The translations under genes were made by a program, and so were the position numbers. The notes beneath the pieces were generated by a model, which saw nothing but the letters and a program-made list of their open reading frames with translations, made no database searches and was not told the origin of the DNA. A stretch of DNA of 63,738 nucleotides, counting the filler, from Choristocarpus tenellus KU-1152 (Eukaryota > Protista > Phaeophyceae): assembly GCA_964200185.2 (NCBI GenBank). It is 10 parts of 10 records of this genome, joined end to end, with 100 filler letters (N's around TTAATTAATTAA, not from the genome) between each part and the next. Parts side by side here need not be neighbours in the genome. Positions count along the whole stretch, not along the records: positions 1 to 3,651 come from CAXNAD020018729.1; positions 3,752 to 11,271 come from CAXNAD020006033.1; positions 11,372 to 15,902 come from CAXNAD020014124.1; 7 more parts are not named here. One strand, written 5' to 3'. Within the stretch, counting starts at the first letter, position 1. Each line of letters opens with the position of its first letter. Shown piece after piece: positions 1 to 11,948 of the stretch.

Positions 1-440
1 ATAGCATCGTTTTGAGGTCGTTGGATTTGAGTTGTACATCCTGGAAGGTGAGCATTGAGGGGCGCCTGTAACACATGCTCTCATTTGTCCTTCACTGTGC
101 TGCTAGTCCCAGGCCATGGTTGTTACCTGTACTCAAAACCTGCATAGCCTCTGTGGGCTAGACGACTGTGATCTCCCATGAACCTCATCTGATCAAGAGC
201 ATTTCCCTTATCCCCTTGTGGACAACAGCCTCCCTGTACTTCCTGGATTTTACATCGTGCCTACCACCTTCGAATCCCGAGTCCCTCTGACCCACACCGC
301 CTTTCCACACCCTTTCCTCCATACTCTTATGGCACCGTCGCCTTCCCCACCCCAATGGACGGGGCATGCTGCTCTTGAAACTCGTCTATCCCACCGTCCT
401 GGACTACCCTGCCACATCCTACCTACCCCCCTGCACGTGC

Positions 441-700
441 GATCCGAGGTATTTTAGAGGGTAGGGCCGCGTTCATTTGGGGGCCAAAACCCAATGTTGA
501 GATTTTGATGTAATTTTGGTTATCGTGTTTGTTAGTAAGTGCCAATATCCTTGTTCCGGACATACCTTTTCATAAAATACACATTTTACCTGCTCCAAAA
601 AACATCTTGGAGTAGGAGAATGTCATAAAAAAAAACATGGGAAGCCAAGCCCCAAATGGGCAAACAGGGCAAAACTCTTACCCTCTAAGATACTTCACTC
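441..700. mobile_element. MITE family B copy (~260 bp, terminal inverted repeats)
   Basis: Ends GATCCGAGGTATTTTAGAGGGTAG ... TTACCCTCTAAGATACTTCACTC. Internal sequence matches 1196-1452, 15737-15902 and, inverted, 34572-34835. Confidence 0.85.
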
Positions 701-1195
701 ATCCTACTCTCAGAGCAAGTCCACCCATCAACCACACCCCAAAATCCACCACCCTCAGGCACTCCCTAGGTCATCCACACGGACGTCACAGGGTCAGTTC
801 CACCCGCATCCTTTCCTGGGAATCGGTACTACACTGTTTCCTAAATTGACTCCTCCACCCGCCTGTGCCACATCTACTTCATTATGCGTAAGGCTGACAT
901 ATTCCACACCCTTCGGCTCCACCACTAAGATCTCCTCATCTCCTCAGCTATTCCCATCAAGTTCCTGTCCTCAGACAACGGTAGTGAGTATGCAAAGAGG
1001 GACTTAGCCACCTACTGCACACACCATGGCATCTGTCGGTAATTCATCAGCCACTACACACCCTAAGATAACGATTTGGCTGAGTGCCAGTGGTATATCA
1101 TTTTCACTCATGCCAGATGCTTCCTAATACCACCAACCTTCCGAATCAACTTTGACCTGAAGCCATTGCCACTGCCACCCACCTTAACACCTTTC

Positions 1196-1452
1196 AATCC
1201 AAAGCTTTACGGAGGGTAGGGCCGGCCCTTTTAGGATCAGAAATCCAATATCGCGATTTTGATGTAATTTTGGCTATCGTGTTTGTTAGCAAGTGTCAAT
1301 ATCCTTGTTCCGGACACACATTTCATAGTTGTATACATTTTACCTACTCTAGAACACATAAAGCTGATAAAAGGGTATGAAAAACCCATGGGAAACCAAG
1401 CCTCGAATGGACAAACAGGTGTAAATTCCTACCCTCCGTAATGCTCTGGATC
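1196..1452. mobile_element. MITE family B copy
   Basis: 24-nt imperfect TIR AATCCAAAGCTTTACGGAGGGTAG / CTACCCTCCGTAATGCTCTGGATC, flanked by TTTC on both sides. Internal sequence matches 441-700. Confidence 0.85.
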
Positions 1453-1956
1453 TTTCCCTACTTCCACCGTCAACCACAACACTCCCTACTACATCTGGCA
1501 CTCCCACCATCCTGACCTGTCTTGCCTTCGCAACTTTGGTGCCCAGGCCAAAGTCCACTATGACTACTCACATGGCAGCAAGACTGGCACCAACGGCTTG
1601 GGAGGGACACCTGGTCGACTACAGCACCCAGCAACAGGTACTGCATCTAGAACCACACGCCAACAGGCCCTCAACACCCACCATGTCACCTTAATCGAAC
1701 ATCCCCAATTGCACATCCCCCTCACACATCACCGCCCGGATTCCCCCAGTCTTACTGCTGTTGAACAGTCATCCCCACCCACCCTCCCACCTTTGGATGT
1801 CCCGAACCCCCAAAAGCAAATCACAGCTGACCCCTCCAACATCTCCCCTAAGACTTGGCCCTTGATGTTCCCCCTGTAGACCATCCTGATCCGATACCCA
1901 TCCAAACCAACCCAAATGACCACCCACCCACCCAAAACTCGACCCCCACTCCTGTC

Positions 1957-2100
1957 CAATTCCGCGAATTCTGTCGCCTCAGTAGCAGGAGACATTAATG
2001 CCAAAATGTGCCGGGCAAGTTTGGCCAGGGGCAGAAATTTTGAGCTCATTTCCTGCCACAACTTGAGGAGGTTATTGTAAGCTCCACTGTCCATATCAAT
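1957..2100 (-). mobile_element. hAT transposase C-terminal dimerisation domain remnant
   Basis: ORF 1729-2094 begins NNLLKLWQEMSSKFLPLAKLARHILALMSPATEA, resembling the hATC motif L.WW....FP.L..LAR.IL.IPATS. Confidence 0.6.
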
Positions 2101-2480
2101 CTTCGGGAGCGCTCCTACGACCTTGAGGGCACCTACGCAAAAGAGAGCTATTCCAATAGAGTCTTTGCTTTATGTTGTATGGATATATTTATTAGCGGAG
2201 TAAGCACAGCCCTTGTTGGTGGGGTGCTCTTCCTTATATTATTATCTATTGCGCACGTCATCAGACACGTCAAAATGTGTCTGTGCCAGTCGCACTACGT
2301 CAGTCACTTATATTGAACAAAATAAGAAAGCAATCCATCGAGACTCAAACCTGCGAATCTAAACTCACCAAATCAAATGCTCGACCCTTACTCTACTCAG
2401 TCAATACTTCTGTTGTATTTCACTGTTCACTAAAGATATAACTCCCTATAGACTGCCTAGCCTATATTGCACAGTACTAA

Positions 2481-2734
2481 GAGCCAAATGAATCAAGAGG
2501 TAGGCAGGTTTGGACCCTTTTTCAATCCAAACCATCTTTCTTACCCTGTACAATGTCCCTATTTCATTGCTTTATGTGCACAGTAGTGCAAAAAATATAT
2601 TCCCCCTTTCCGCATATAATGTGACACCACATTTCAGTACAGGCTCTTTCTGTCAGTGTACAAAATGTCATATTTTTGCATTGTGTTGGAATCCTTTAAA
2701 TATAACCCTGCCTACGTTTTAGTTGGTTTGAGTC
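2481..2734. mobile_element. MITE family D copy
   Basis: Ends GAGCCAAATG ... GGTTTGAGTC, flanks TAA/CAA. Internal sequence is the reverse complement of 32060-32264 and 56252-56436. Confidence 0.75.
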
Positions 2735-3089
2735 CAACCTTCAAATGTGCCTCTTCCTCCATGTACTCCCTGACCATCTATGTGTTACAATATCCTATCA
2801 CCACCAGCTGAACTCCCCCCACATAATGTTGCAAGCGAAACTCTGATGAACCCCTTGTGCCTTTTATGGGAGGACTGCACCCACTCGAAGATGAACAGTA
2901 TGTGGATGTTGACATGGTTCTACCACTACTAGACTATTATCTTCCTCTTGCGCTCTGTGCTCCTCCGCAACACCTAGAACTTCCAACTCTACCTGACTCC
3001 GAATAAATGTCTTTGTTCTCATACTCTGAAATCACGTAAGGATTTTGGTTCTGGGGTTTAAACAATTAAGATGGACCTGCTTCCACTTT

Positions 3090-3352
3090 GAGCAAAAGTA
3101 AATGAGACATACCCAGGTTTTGACCGCTTTGCATTTAAAGTCTGTTTTTCAATCTTTTGCAGTTCAGCCATAACTCTATGGATTAAATTCTAGGTTTGAT
3201 TTAAGAGGGTTAATTTTTCTATTATTTGAAAATTTCCAACACACATTTCAGAAAATATCCTACCTCCATTTATTTTTTTAAAAATGAGTTTTGCACACAA
3301 TTGTCAGCGTCCTTGAAATGCAACTCTGGGTTACGCTCGTTTACTTTGACTC
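3090..3352. mobile_element. MITE family C copy (~260 bp)
   Basis: Ends GAGCAAAAGTAAATGAG ... CTCGTTTACTTTGACTC, flanked by TTT on both sides. Related to 21752-22025, 24120-24370 and 56800-57037. Confidence 0.8.
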
Positions 3353-3577
3353 TTTAACCCTCTGGGCTGCCTTTCCTCACCCTCAGAGTACTGGACACTA
3401 TTCCTTCGTGTACCAAAGCGGTTGGTTCATGAAACCCAATAGCACCCCGCTTCCGCACCAGCATACAGCAATTTTCACTCCCACCTGCTGCTCAGGAGTG
3501 TGGCTTTGATGACCCTGCAGGCTTGCACTGCTTTTTTCAGCTCCCACCCTTACACCATAAACTACGGGGATAATTAG

Positions 3578-3651
3578 GGGTCAAAGTATCTGGGGGGGGG
3601 TGGGGGGGGTGAGGGGGCGTCCGTTTCGGTTAAACAACTCTTTTTTTTGCT
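3578..3651. mobile_element. MITE family A terminus, truncated by contig end
   Basis: GGGTCAAAGTATCT followed by G-runs, as in full copies such as 10414-10591. Confidence 0.7.
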
Positions 3652-3751
3652 NNNNNNNNNNNNNNNNNNNNNNNNNNNNNNNNNNNNNNNNNNNNTTAAT
3701 TAATTAANNNNNNNNNNNNNNNNNNNNNNNNNNNNNNNNNNNNNNNNNNNN
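3652..3751. other. Artificial contig linker (44 N + TTAATTAATTAA + 44 N)
   Basis: Identical 100-nt construct repeated nine times; the 12-mer has TAA stops in all six frames. Confidence 0.98.
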
Positions 3752-3796
3752 CCCTGCCCTTCCCCCTCCACCCCCCCCCCCTTTACCAAATTTCAC

Positions 3797-6700
3797 CTGC
3801 CCAGATGCAATTTTAGACTCTCGCTCAGCCCTAGCCTCTGCTCTCCTTGCCTTCTTCCCTCGCTTGCGTCCCCTTGAGTGACCCACAGGAGGAGGATTGA
3901 TCGCCTTTACACACCCGGGGGGGGGGGGAAAGAGAAATTCAGTTATAAGTGACATGCCTGCCTTGCAAGTATCAATGTTGGCAAAAGGTTTTAACTTTGT
4001 ATCCATGGGTGAGTGTGTTGGACAAGAGAAGGTATTACCACATAACATCTACCAGGTGTGAAAACAGCTGAACAAATTAACGGCACAACTATTTTGTTCA
4101 ATGAAATTTGGTTCATAAAACATAACAAACATTTTGCCTTCAAGCATGTCACATGCCAGTTCCTTGAGGAGACATAATTGCTCATATACACAGATGAAAT
4201 TCAGGCAGTGTTGCCAGGTACTCACAAGGTACTCTAGTTGGGAAAAATTTCAATCAAATCTAGAGCAATCGTAAGGGCTGCATAGGCATGCTTGGGGAAG
4301 AAAGAGGATTACCTATGTACATTGGAGTAATAATAGGAACACCCAAAATGAAAAACCAACAGAAGATGGTTAACCCATAGCTCTATGGCAAGACCACAAT
4401 AAAATACAAAGGAGGGCTAAACTACAGCAGAGTCATCCTGCACAAAGTCTGTGTGCCAAACAAAATCGTTGCATATGCTCTCTCCTTGGAATAGTGTGTT
4501 AACAGGTTGAAACTTGCTGCAGATACCTAAGAACAGGCCTGTAACAAAAAATATATTGGGCAAATCAAAAGAGTGCAGAAAAAAACCGACCACAACCAAG
4601 GAGTATTACGTACATAAGCACACATTGGGAAACAAGGAATTGTCAACAGTATATACCCACCAGTGCCTGTTTGCCATCTGCTGCATCAAGTTGCAGGCCT
4701 TCTCCCCCCCTATCAGCCACTGTGCCCTCCTGCGCAGAAGCAGGGGAAGGGGACAGCAAGAGGGAACAATGCAAGCCCTGTTCCTGCTGTGTCTCCATCT
4801 CTCTAAGCCTTGATGAGCTTTCATTGGTGATACTACTCTCACCACCAGCAGCACCATTCATACCCTTGGAATTTCCATCAAGGAGACCCTTCATGGAGGA
4901 CTTGCCTCTTACTGGAAAAGATCCTCTCCTGAATTCGGCGGTGCCTGTCTCAACAAGTAGGTCATCATCTTCACTAAGTCCAGCCTTCCCCAACTCAAAG
5001 GTGCTTCTCCTAGGATTAAGACCAGTAACAACAGGATACACAGCGTTACCACTGCTTAACGACTTCTTGTGAGCATAGCCCGGAGTAGTACGGGTAGTGG
5101 CAGTACCAGCGGAAGTGGAAGAGGATAGGGGTGTTGGGGTAAAGGCAGGGATCGGGGAAGGGGCACGCAATGTCACGGGATGGCACGGTTCACAGCCATC
5201 TTCCTCCCCTGAAGTCCCAAAAACAACCGGGCCCTCCACAATACATATGTCGCACACACGCTGCAGGCCTTTGTGACCTACAGCACAGTGCGAGAAGAGA
5301 GAGGAACGGTTTGCCAGGTAAGGGGCGACACTGTAGAACAGGCACAATGAAAGAGGATTCCCCACAAACAAGGGTGCTCTTTCAACAGAGAGGGAAGAAA
5401 AAACATGTGACAGCATTTTGACTTAACATCTTGTGTTCCTGCTTCTGGGTATTGTGTACAGAATGTAGGTTCATTTCGTTGGCTCCTCCCCAACAAATGC
5501 CTGTGTACTGCAAAATCATGTTAAAAACTATACAACACACCAAATTCCTATCATTGTGCTTGGTACAACACTATCAGCTAGCCTAGTACTAACAGGAGAG
5601 GGTATTGTCATTGAGTTAAGATGAGTATCTGTTATCTCACTCTACACAAGTTGGCATGGTGCACCTTCTCAAAACCAGTACAAAAGGGATGGCAATGGAT
5701 CAATAAAGTGCACAGATTACAAGCAACATAATGCAGGAGTAGGACTCGCAAAAAGATAAAAGGAGCTAACAAAATTTCTATGTTCTGATCAGATTCAAGA
5801 GGGCTGGCAGTTGGGGTGTGCCATGTGTATGGGGAGGAACTCTTCTTGACACCTGCAAGTGGGATATCTTCCTGCTGTTCACCAAGAAATATCTATTGAT
5901 TTTTTTTTTTAACTACTGCACCGACGTGAAAAAGATTTCTGGGCAGGGATACATCAAACCTCTTTCTGTGTTCACATCGCTTGCTTACACATCTCTCACA
6001 CACTGGCACTCCCGAGTAAGAACAACTTACATTTGTACAGTCCAATGTAACTTCATGAAAACGTGACATGACGTAATGAATAGCCACCTCTAGAACACAG
6101 GTGCTAATGTGCCCAGTGATACGGTCTCTTCACCACAGCATGTGTCAACCCGTGCAAACGAGGAGAGTTGAGAGATATTTTTTTTAATTCTATGTAAATG
6201 GCATTAACATGTATGTGTACCCTTTGCCCCTCTACTTTGGAAGTGCTGCCTTAGGCACTAGAACTTTAAGTCAAGAGGTTAGTGCAGGGTAAGTGTTTCC
6301 CAATGTTTGTGAGTTTCATTCCCCGTCCTCCGAGAGTTGATGAAGCATGTCTATAATCCCTACTTCAAAGGACGAGATGATAGAGGGAGGGGATCTGAGG
6401 AGTTTCCTTGAAGCACGAACCTTCGACATGGCGCCTGTCAAGTGAGCACTGGGCACACACATTTTCGCCGCACACCTGGCACCGCTGGCGCCGCACGAGC
6501 AGGGCAAAAGGAGCTGCGCAAACGCTGCAGTGCGGTAGGTCTGGCGAACGTGGAAGTTCAGCAGTGGGGAGTGTCGGAGGTGGACCTTAAGTATCAATTG
6601 GAGATAGGCAAGAAACGGCGTAACTAGATTGAAGCGCCTATTTCCCCGCTAACGAGTTGTAAGCGTTTGTGCGGTGGGTTAGCATGGGCGGATAGTACTA

Positions 6701-7473
6701 GAGTAGTACCATGACGATAAATTCGAGAAACAAGTTTAGAGTCAACATATGACCTATAGTGCTATGGATTATCCTGCAATCTAGGCGGCATTCCTCTCTC
6801 CTGCATTGATCTGTAGTGTCGCACATCCTCTCAATAATCTGAACAAGAACATCGACAGACTGTCTCTCCTCACCCCATACACGGAGAAAACATGGTCAGT
6901 ACCGACCAACCTGTGAATTCCTGTCGCTCGCGGGCCTTAAACTCTGATACTGGAGAGGGTGTGAAAGGCGTTTTTTTTGTCCTCAAGGATAACGATGGCC
7001 CCGATGGCAGCTTCAGTTCTAGGGATTTCTTCTTCTGGGGAGGAGATATCCGCCCTCTTGGCACCATTGCTGCTGGGCTTTTCGGCTGCTGTGCACGCTG
7101 CGGCGAGGTGGAGGCACCTCTGGGCCTCCCCCCCCCAGAGTTTCCGTCATGGCGACTTTTGGATAGGGAATCTTGAACCTTTGAGAGGGGTGGAAGTAGA
7201 ATGAAAAGAGGTCACAAGGAAAATCAAGCTGTATTCAATAGTTAGGATCAACGGGGAAAGAAAGGTCTAGCGCACCTGTTCCACCAGGTCACGGACTGAT
7301 CCAATACCAAGAAGGCTCCGACGACGGGCAGGACTGTCGCGACCTGCTGTATCACGCTCTTTAGCTCTTTCGTCCTGCTTCTGCTGGTTTTTCTTGGCCT
7401 TGGCCCCCTCATTCTTCTCCAATGTGTCCTTTGACACTGGTACCTTGGTCACCTTCTTGCGAAACCCTCCCAT
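3797..7473 (-). CDS. FYVE-type zinc finger protein, 5' part, spliced (continues beyond contig end)
   Basis: Phase-compatible GT-AG exons: 7473-7276 (ATG, MGGFRKKV...), 7178-6911, 6585-6421, 5277-4661, 3904-3797. Exons 3 and 4 join to give CSVCAAPFALLVRRQRCQVCGENVCAQCSLDRRHVEG|HKGLQRVCDICI, a complete 8-Cys FYVE pattern. The last two junctions are less certain. Confidence 0.8.
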
Positions 7474-10413
7474 CTCTCAACCTCTCAACCTCTAAACTCT
7501 CTAACACCTCAAATACCCATACGATTCTGTAAAGCCACTCTACTGTAGTGGCTGAGGTTGTACACTACAAAGTTGCCCCAGAAGAAATTTTCATCATACG
7601 TCCTCTTCCCACGTTGATCTACACCAATAGGAATCAGTAGGACGTGCCCCATTTCACAACATCTAAAAAATGTCATCATTTATAGAAGCAAGAGTTAGTA
7701 TTAGTAGTATATAGGACATCTTAGTTAGTATATTATTTTTACAAACTATACAACATTAAAAAAAACTCTACTCTACTCATTCTTCTCCTAAAAGATTCTT
7801 TACAAAAAATATCGGTATGAAATTACCCATGACTTACGTATGTACCACGTACTTTTGACCTAAATAAATTGTGATATGGTTCGTCGACGCCTGTTTCCTC
7901 TCTCTCCTCGTTTGGGTTACATCATACGGATCTCTCCACCACCATTTAGAAAATTTCACTCTGTAGTAGGCTGACAACATTTATCTGTGGGGCCTTGAGA
8001 AAATCATGGAGGTGGGAGACTCAACGAGGAGATCCAAGTCCACATGCCAACTAGTCAAGGTGGCTTAGGCCTGTCCTCTATGACCCACCGCCAAGTAGTC
8101 GCCCTCCCCACCCTCCTCCAAGACAACAAGGAGTTTCTGGCAAAGAATTTGCTTTCGCTGTTTGCCCCAGACCTACAGTATAGGCTCTGCGAGCTTTGAT
8201 CCACACGATCCTATATGTAGGAATCCCTGCTGGTAACCTGGTCACAATCATCGACCAGGTCTCGGTAGATTGGGGTGATAAAGCCCTTCCAGACAACCTC
8301 CACAAGTTCACGCCCTTGAAGCGCATGGTGCGGGAGGGACACTGGGATGGGGCATAATATCAAAACCTGCCTCCTCAACCAAGGCTGCTTCAATATCTTC
8401 AATACCCAGATGGCAAACCCCCCTGCAGTCCTAGACCTGAAAGGGAATCTTCTGCAATGGCTTTAGGATGCCATAGGAGTCATTGTGGGTAAGGGAAAAA
8501 TAAGACATGGGCAAATACCCAACCCCTCAAGGCAGCACGATGGATCACTTCCCTGGAATTCCACCTCACGGTGAGCCAGTCTTTAGAGGTAGAGGAGGCA
8601 CTGTCCAACATGTACCTGCTAAGTGGATGCACAAGACAGAGTTTGTCACTCTAGTCCCTCATACACATGCTTAGAGTAGGAGTACAAGTGCGGCAGCACC
8701 AACCAATACTCAAAGAACTTGGCAGCTTCTGCAGGCAGAGGGGCATCCCTCACACCCTGGAGGATGGAAGCCCTTTCACCATTTACTGGAATTTTCGTGT
8801 GGATGTGGCATTTGATGCTGGGGCACTGTCAAACACAGTCACTGCTCCTTGCCGGCAAAATGCTGGAATATAGTAGCTCGTCTTCTAGTTTCTACTAGAT
8901 AGACCGATACTACTACTATATGAAAAATAACTTTACACCGCTACCAATCTCGCGTAATGTCTCCCTTAAGCACTCCAGACCCACCGATCCGACTCTCTGT
9001 AACATTGTTTGGCACCACCTCCCCAATTCACTCCTCCAACAAGTCGATAATGCATATACATACATACATGTGTACACTATGCAGAAAATGATTCCTTCGT
9101 CAGAAAAGTGCAATAAGATCCTGTTGTGCATACCTTCTTCCTTCTCCACCCGCTTCACATAAACAGCACCACCAGTAGTAGCAGTTCTGTCCTGTCGTCT
9201 CTGCTACTGGCCATACCATCCATTATCGACATGTATAATTATGTGCTGGATATTGGTACGGTGGATAGGGTCATCAATATTTATAGTTGTGGGCGTACTT
9301 GCCAGTGCACTTCTCTGAGGTGCAGCATGTTGAGGATTCAAGAGAGTTTTTACTTCTAGCCAAGTAAATGGAGTAGTTTTATGAAGAAATTGGAAGGCCT
9401 CAATTCTCTTCTAAACTGCTAACCTCTTGCAGAATCCATCACCAAAGGAGTATACCATATTATACAAAATATCTAGAGTACTACAACTGTGTTGCTATTT
9501 ATTTGTGATAATGTTAGTAGCAGTCGCAGTGGTGGTGGTGGTGGTGGTAGGAGCAGCAGCAGTAGTAATAATAGTAGTAGTATCCATGTCTTCCTTCTTT
9601 GTTGCTTGTGAAACGCATCAAGAAGGCAGGTTTCAGCCAAAACCGTACCTTATCTAAAAGTTACGTAAAGAAAGGGAGGGTCGGGTCATCTTGCGAAAAA
9701 CACTTTTTCTTCATCATAATGTCTGTGTCGTTTGTACAGGCAACCATATTACAGGAGGAGACCTATTTTTATATTATAATATAGTCGGAGTTGATGGTAC
9801 ATAGGTCTAGAGTTCGATATTGAAAATGTCTTTTTTTCGCAGACCCTTCCCCTCATAACAGCATTTTGCCGACTCTAAAAAAGAAATGTCCTCACATGTT
9901 GCATGTTTGTCTTTCTGTGCGAGTGGCACACACCACAGGCAACAAAACTCACAGGGCGATATTTGGAGTTCATATTATTGTTGTCAGTAATCGTGTGTCC
10001 CGATGTCTTTCTGATCGAAGATTGAAGACCACTGCGTCCTGGTGGAACCAAACATTATTTTCATCAATCTGTAACATACAGGTGTGGTACTATTATACTA
10101 AGTGTGGCCCATTGTACAGTTGACTAATGGAAGCTTTAAGAATGAGTACAATAATAATAATACGAAAAATGGTTATCATGTCAATGGCAGACCCAAATAT
10201 GACACATTATTTCCTACTGAAACCGTACCTTTTTTAGACAGGAGGATTAATTTGTGTTCTCCTTGAGGAAGACTGCATTGTTTGCCCTCCCCCATTTTAA
10301 CCTGAAAATGGGAAGAATTTCACGAGAGACTGAAAGCGTGATGTCCTTCCTAGATTATTGATCCATAAAAATTTGGTGGAAGATATAAACCAACGATAAT
10401 ACACCAAATGAAA

Positions 10414-10591
10414 GGCTCAAAGTATCTGGGGGGAGGGGGGTCTACGCCAGGGTGTCCATTCGGCCCCTGACCAGGAGAAGTGCATTTACATTATCCATCC
10501 GACACTTGCAACCAAATTCACCCAAAAATCGCGACATGGAAAAATAGGCCCTGAATGGACAGCTCCAATCAACCCCGAGATATTTTGAGCC
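10414..10591. mobile_element. MITE family A, full copy (178 bp)
   Basis: TIR GGCTCAAAGTATCT / AGATATTTTGAGCC, AAA on both flanks. Internal CAGGGTGTCCATT...AAGTGCATTTACA...CAACCAAAT shared with other copies. Confidence 0.9.
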
Positions 10592-11204
10592 AAAGATGTT
10601 TATTACTCTCTCCCAGAGTGGTCATTTAGTAGTGTTCCAGTACTTCCTCCGCTATGTCAAAGGACATGGTAGAGCACCCTTATCTTACAGCTTCCCTTTT
10701 GATCTAGGTGTACCCTCATGGGGTGTCCAACTACTAAAATAATGAGAACTATACAATATCTTGGGTTAGGGTTAGGCATTCGAAATATTTAGTTACCAAA
10801 GGGTGATATTTGATATGAGATTGGATTAACCAGTAGTATAATACACTATCTAACTTCCTGTGATTCACTCCTGACCTTGAGGCAAGTAGCTGCATCATAG
10901 TACACAAGAGTAATAATGCGTTTGCTGTGTCATATCTCCCATCTTCAAGTCTCAGCTACCCACATAATCAAGTAGTAACTAGCTTTCCTTACTAAATCTG
11001 GACCATGGTTAGTCATGGGTACCAGCAATAATTCGTCAGACGAGGCAGAGCTGTTTATGAAATAGTTAACTTTAAACAGGGCGATCTAGAACCAACTAAA
11101 AGTAGGGGCAATAGTGGCCCAGACCTACAACCGTGAGTGGCGTCAATGCAACTTCTCTTTCACAAGTTTGATCTAGAGCAACCAGGACACATTACTTCAC
11201 AAAT

Positions 11205-11271
11205 AACAGCCGATTTCAAAATTGAGGATGGAGCTTTTCATTGAGGATGGGCTTGACCCAAAATTGACCGG
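11205..11271. repeat. Dispersed repeat E with internal ATTGAGGATGG direct repeat
   Basis: Near-identical reverse complement at 61140-61206. Confidence 0.8.
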
Positions 11272-11371
11272 NNNNNNNNNNNNNNNNNNNNNNNNNNNNN
11301 NNNNNNNNNNNNNNNTTAATTAATTAANNNNNNNNNNNNNNNNNNNNNNNNNNNNNNNNNNNNNNNNNNNN
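11272..11371. other. Artificial contig linker
   Basis: 44 N + TTAATTAATTAA + 44 N. Confidence 0.98.
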
Positions 11372-11421
11372 CTAAATGGACAAACAGGGCAAAACTCGTA
11401 CCCTCTAAGATACTTTCACTC
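11372..11421. mobile_element. MITE family B right end (truncated at contig start)
   Basis: AAATGGACAAACAGGGCAAAACTCGTACCCTCTAAGATACTTTCACTC matches the end of 441-700. Confidence 0.85.
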
Positions 11422-11479
11422 ATGTTCTACAATTCCTAGTGGGCATCATGAACGTATCCTCCTGGTGGTGAAATGGATA

Positions 11480-11948
11480 ATGGGGGCCTGGTCGGGTATG
11501 GAGACTCAGACTGGGGCAATGACACTGTTTCAAGACGAAGTGTGACGGGATACCTAATCCTATTGAATGAGGCACCAATAGCATGAAAAAATCCAAGATG
11601 TAAGGAGCTGTTACCACATCTTCATCAGAAGCGGAATGGACAGTGATGGTACATGGAATGAGGCATGCAATATTCCTCAGAGGCATCCTGGGGGAGCTGG
11701 GCATACTCCAAAGGGTCACGACTTGGTATGAAGACAATCGAGGTGCAATTCAAGCAACGATAACCGAAGATTTCAATGGATGGACAAGGCATGTCGACAT
11801 CAAACTAAAATGCACCAGGAAGTATGTTAGCAAAGGTTTTTTTACAGTAAAATATATTCCCACGGCACTCCAACTTGCAGACATCTTGACCAAAAAATTT
11901 CGTAAGAAGCAGGTACAAGACTTCGTAGACACTGTGTTGACTAGATGA
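11480..11948 (+). mobile_element. Ty1/Copia RNase H remnant (end of pol)
   Basis: LVGYGDSDWGNDTVSRRSVTGYL (~11488-11556) and WYEDNRGAI...RHVDIKLK...YIPTALQLADILTK (ORF 11643-11948), all hallmark Copia RNase H motifs. Purine tracts CTCAGGGGGGAAG and GGGGGAG lie downstream (~12054-12136). Confidence 0.9.

Larger units (their letters stand above)
310..1700 (+). mobile_element. Degenerate Ty1/Copia pol remnant (GAG-pre-integrase, integrase core, post-integrase region), interrupted by two MITE-B insertions
   Basis: Hand translation gives LLWHRRLPHPN (~325-357, GAG-pre-integrase WHRRLGH-like), VIHTDVTG (~770), FLSSDNGSEYAKRDLATYCTHHGICR*FISHYTP*DNDLAEC (~962-1087, rve SDNGxE...YTPQQNG.AE), and LRNFGAQAKVH / LAPTAWEGHLVDYS (~1526-1625). 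In-frame stops and frameshifts are present. Confidence 0.85.

Noticed and set aside
8000-8880. Coding-like, Cys-containing region (possible piggyBac Cys-rich domain or gag remnant)
   Set aside because: Multiple stops and frameshifts and no diagnostic motif I can defend; needs a translated search.
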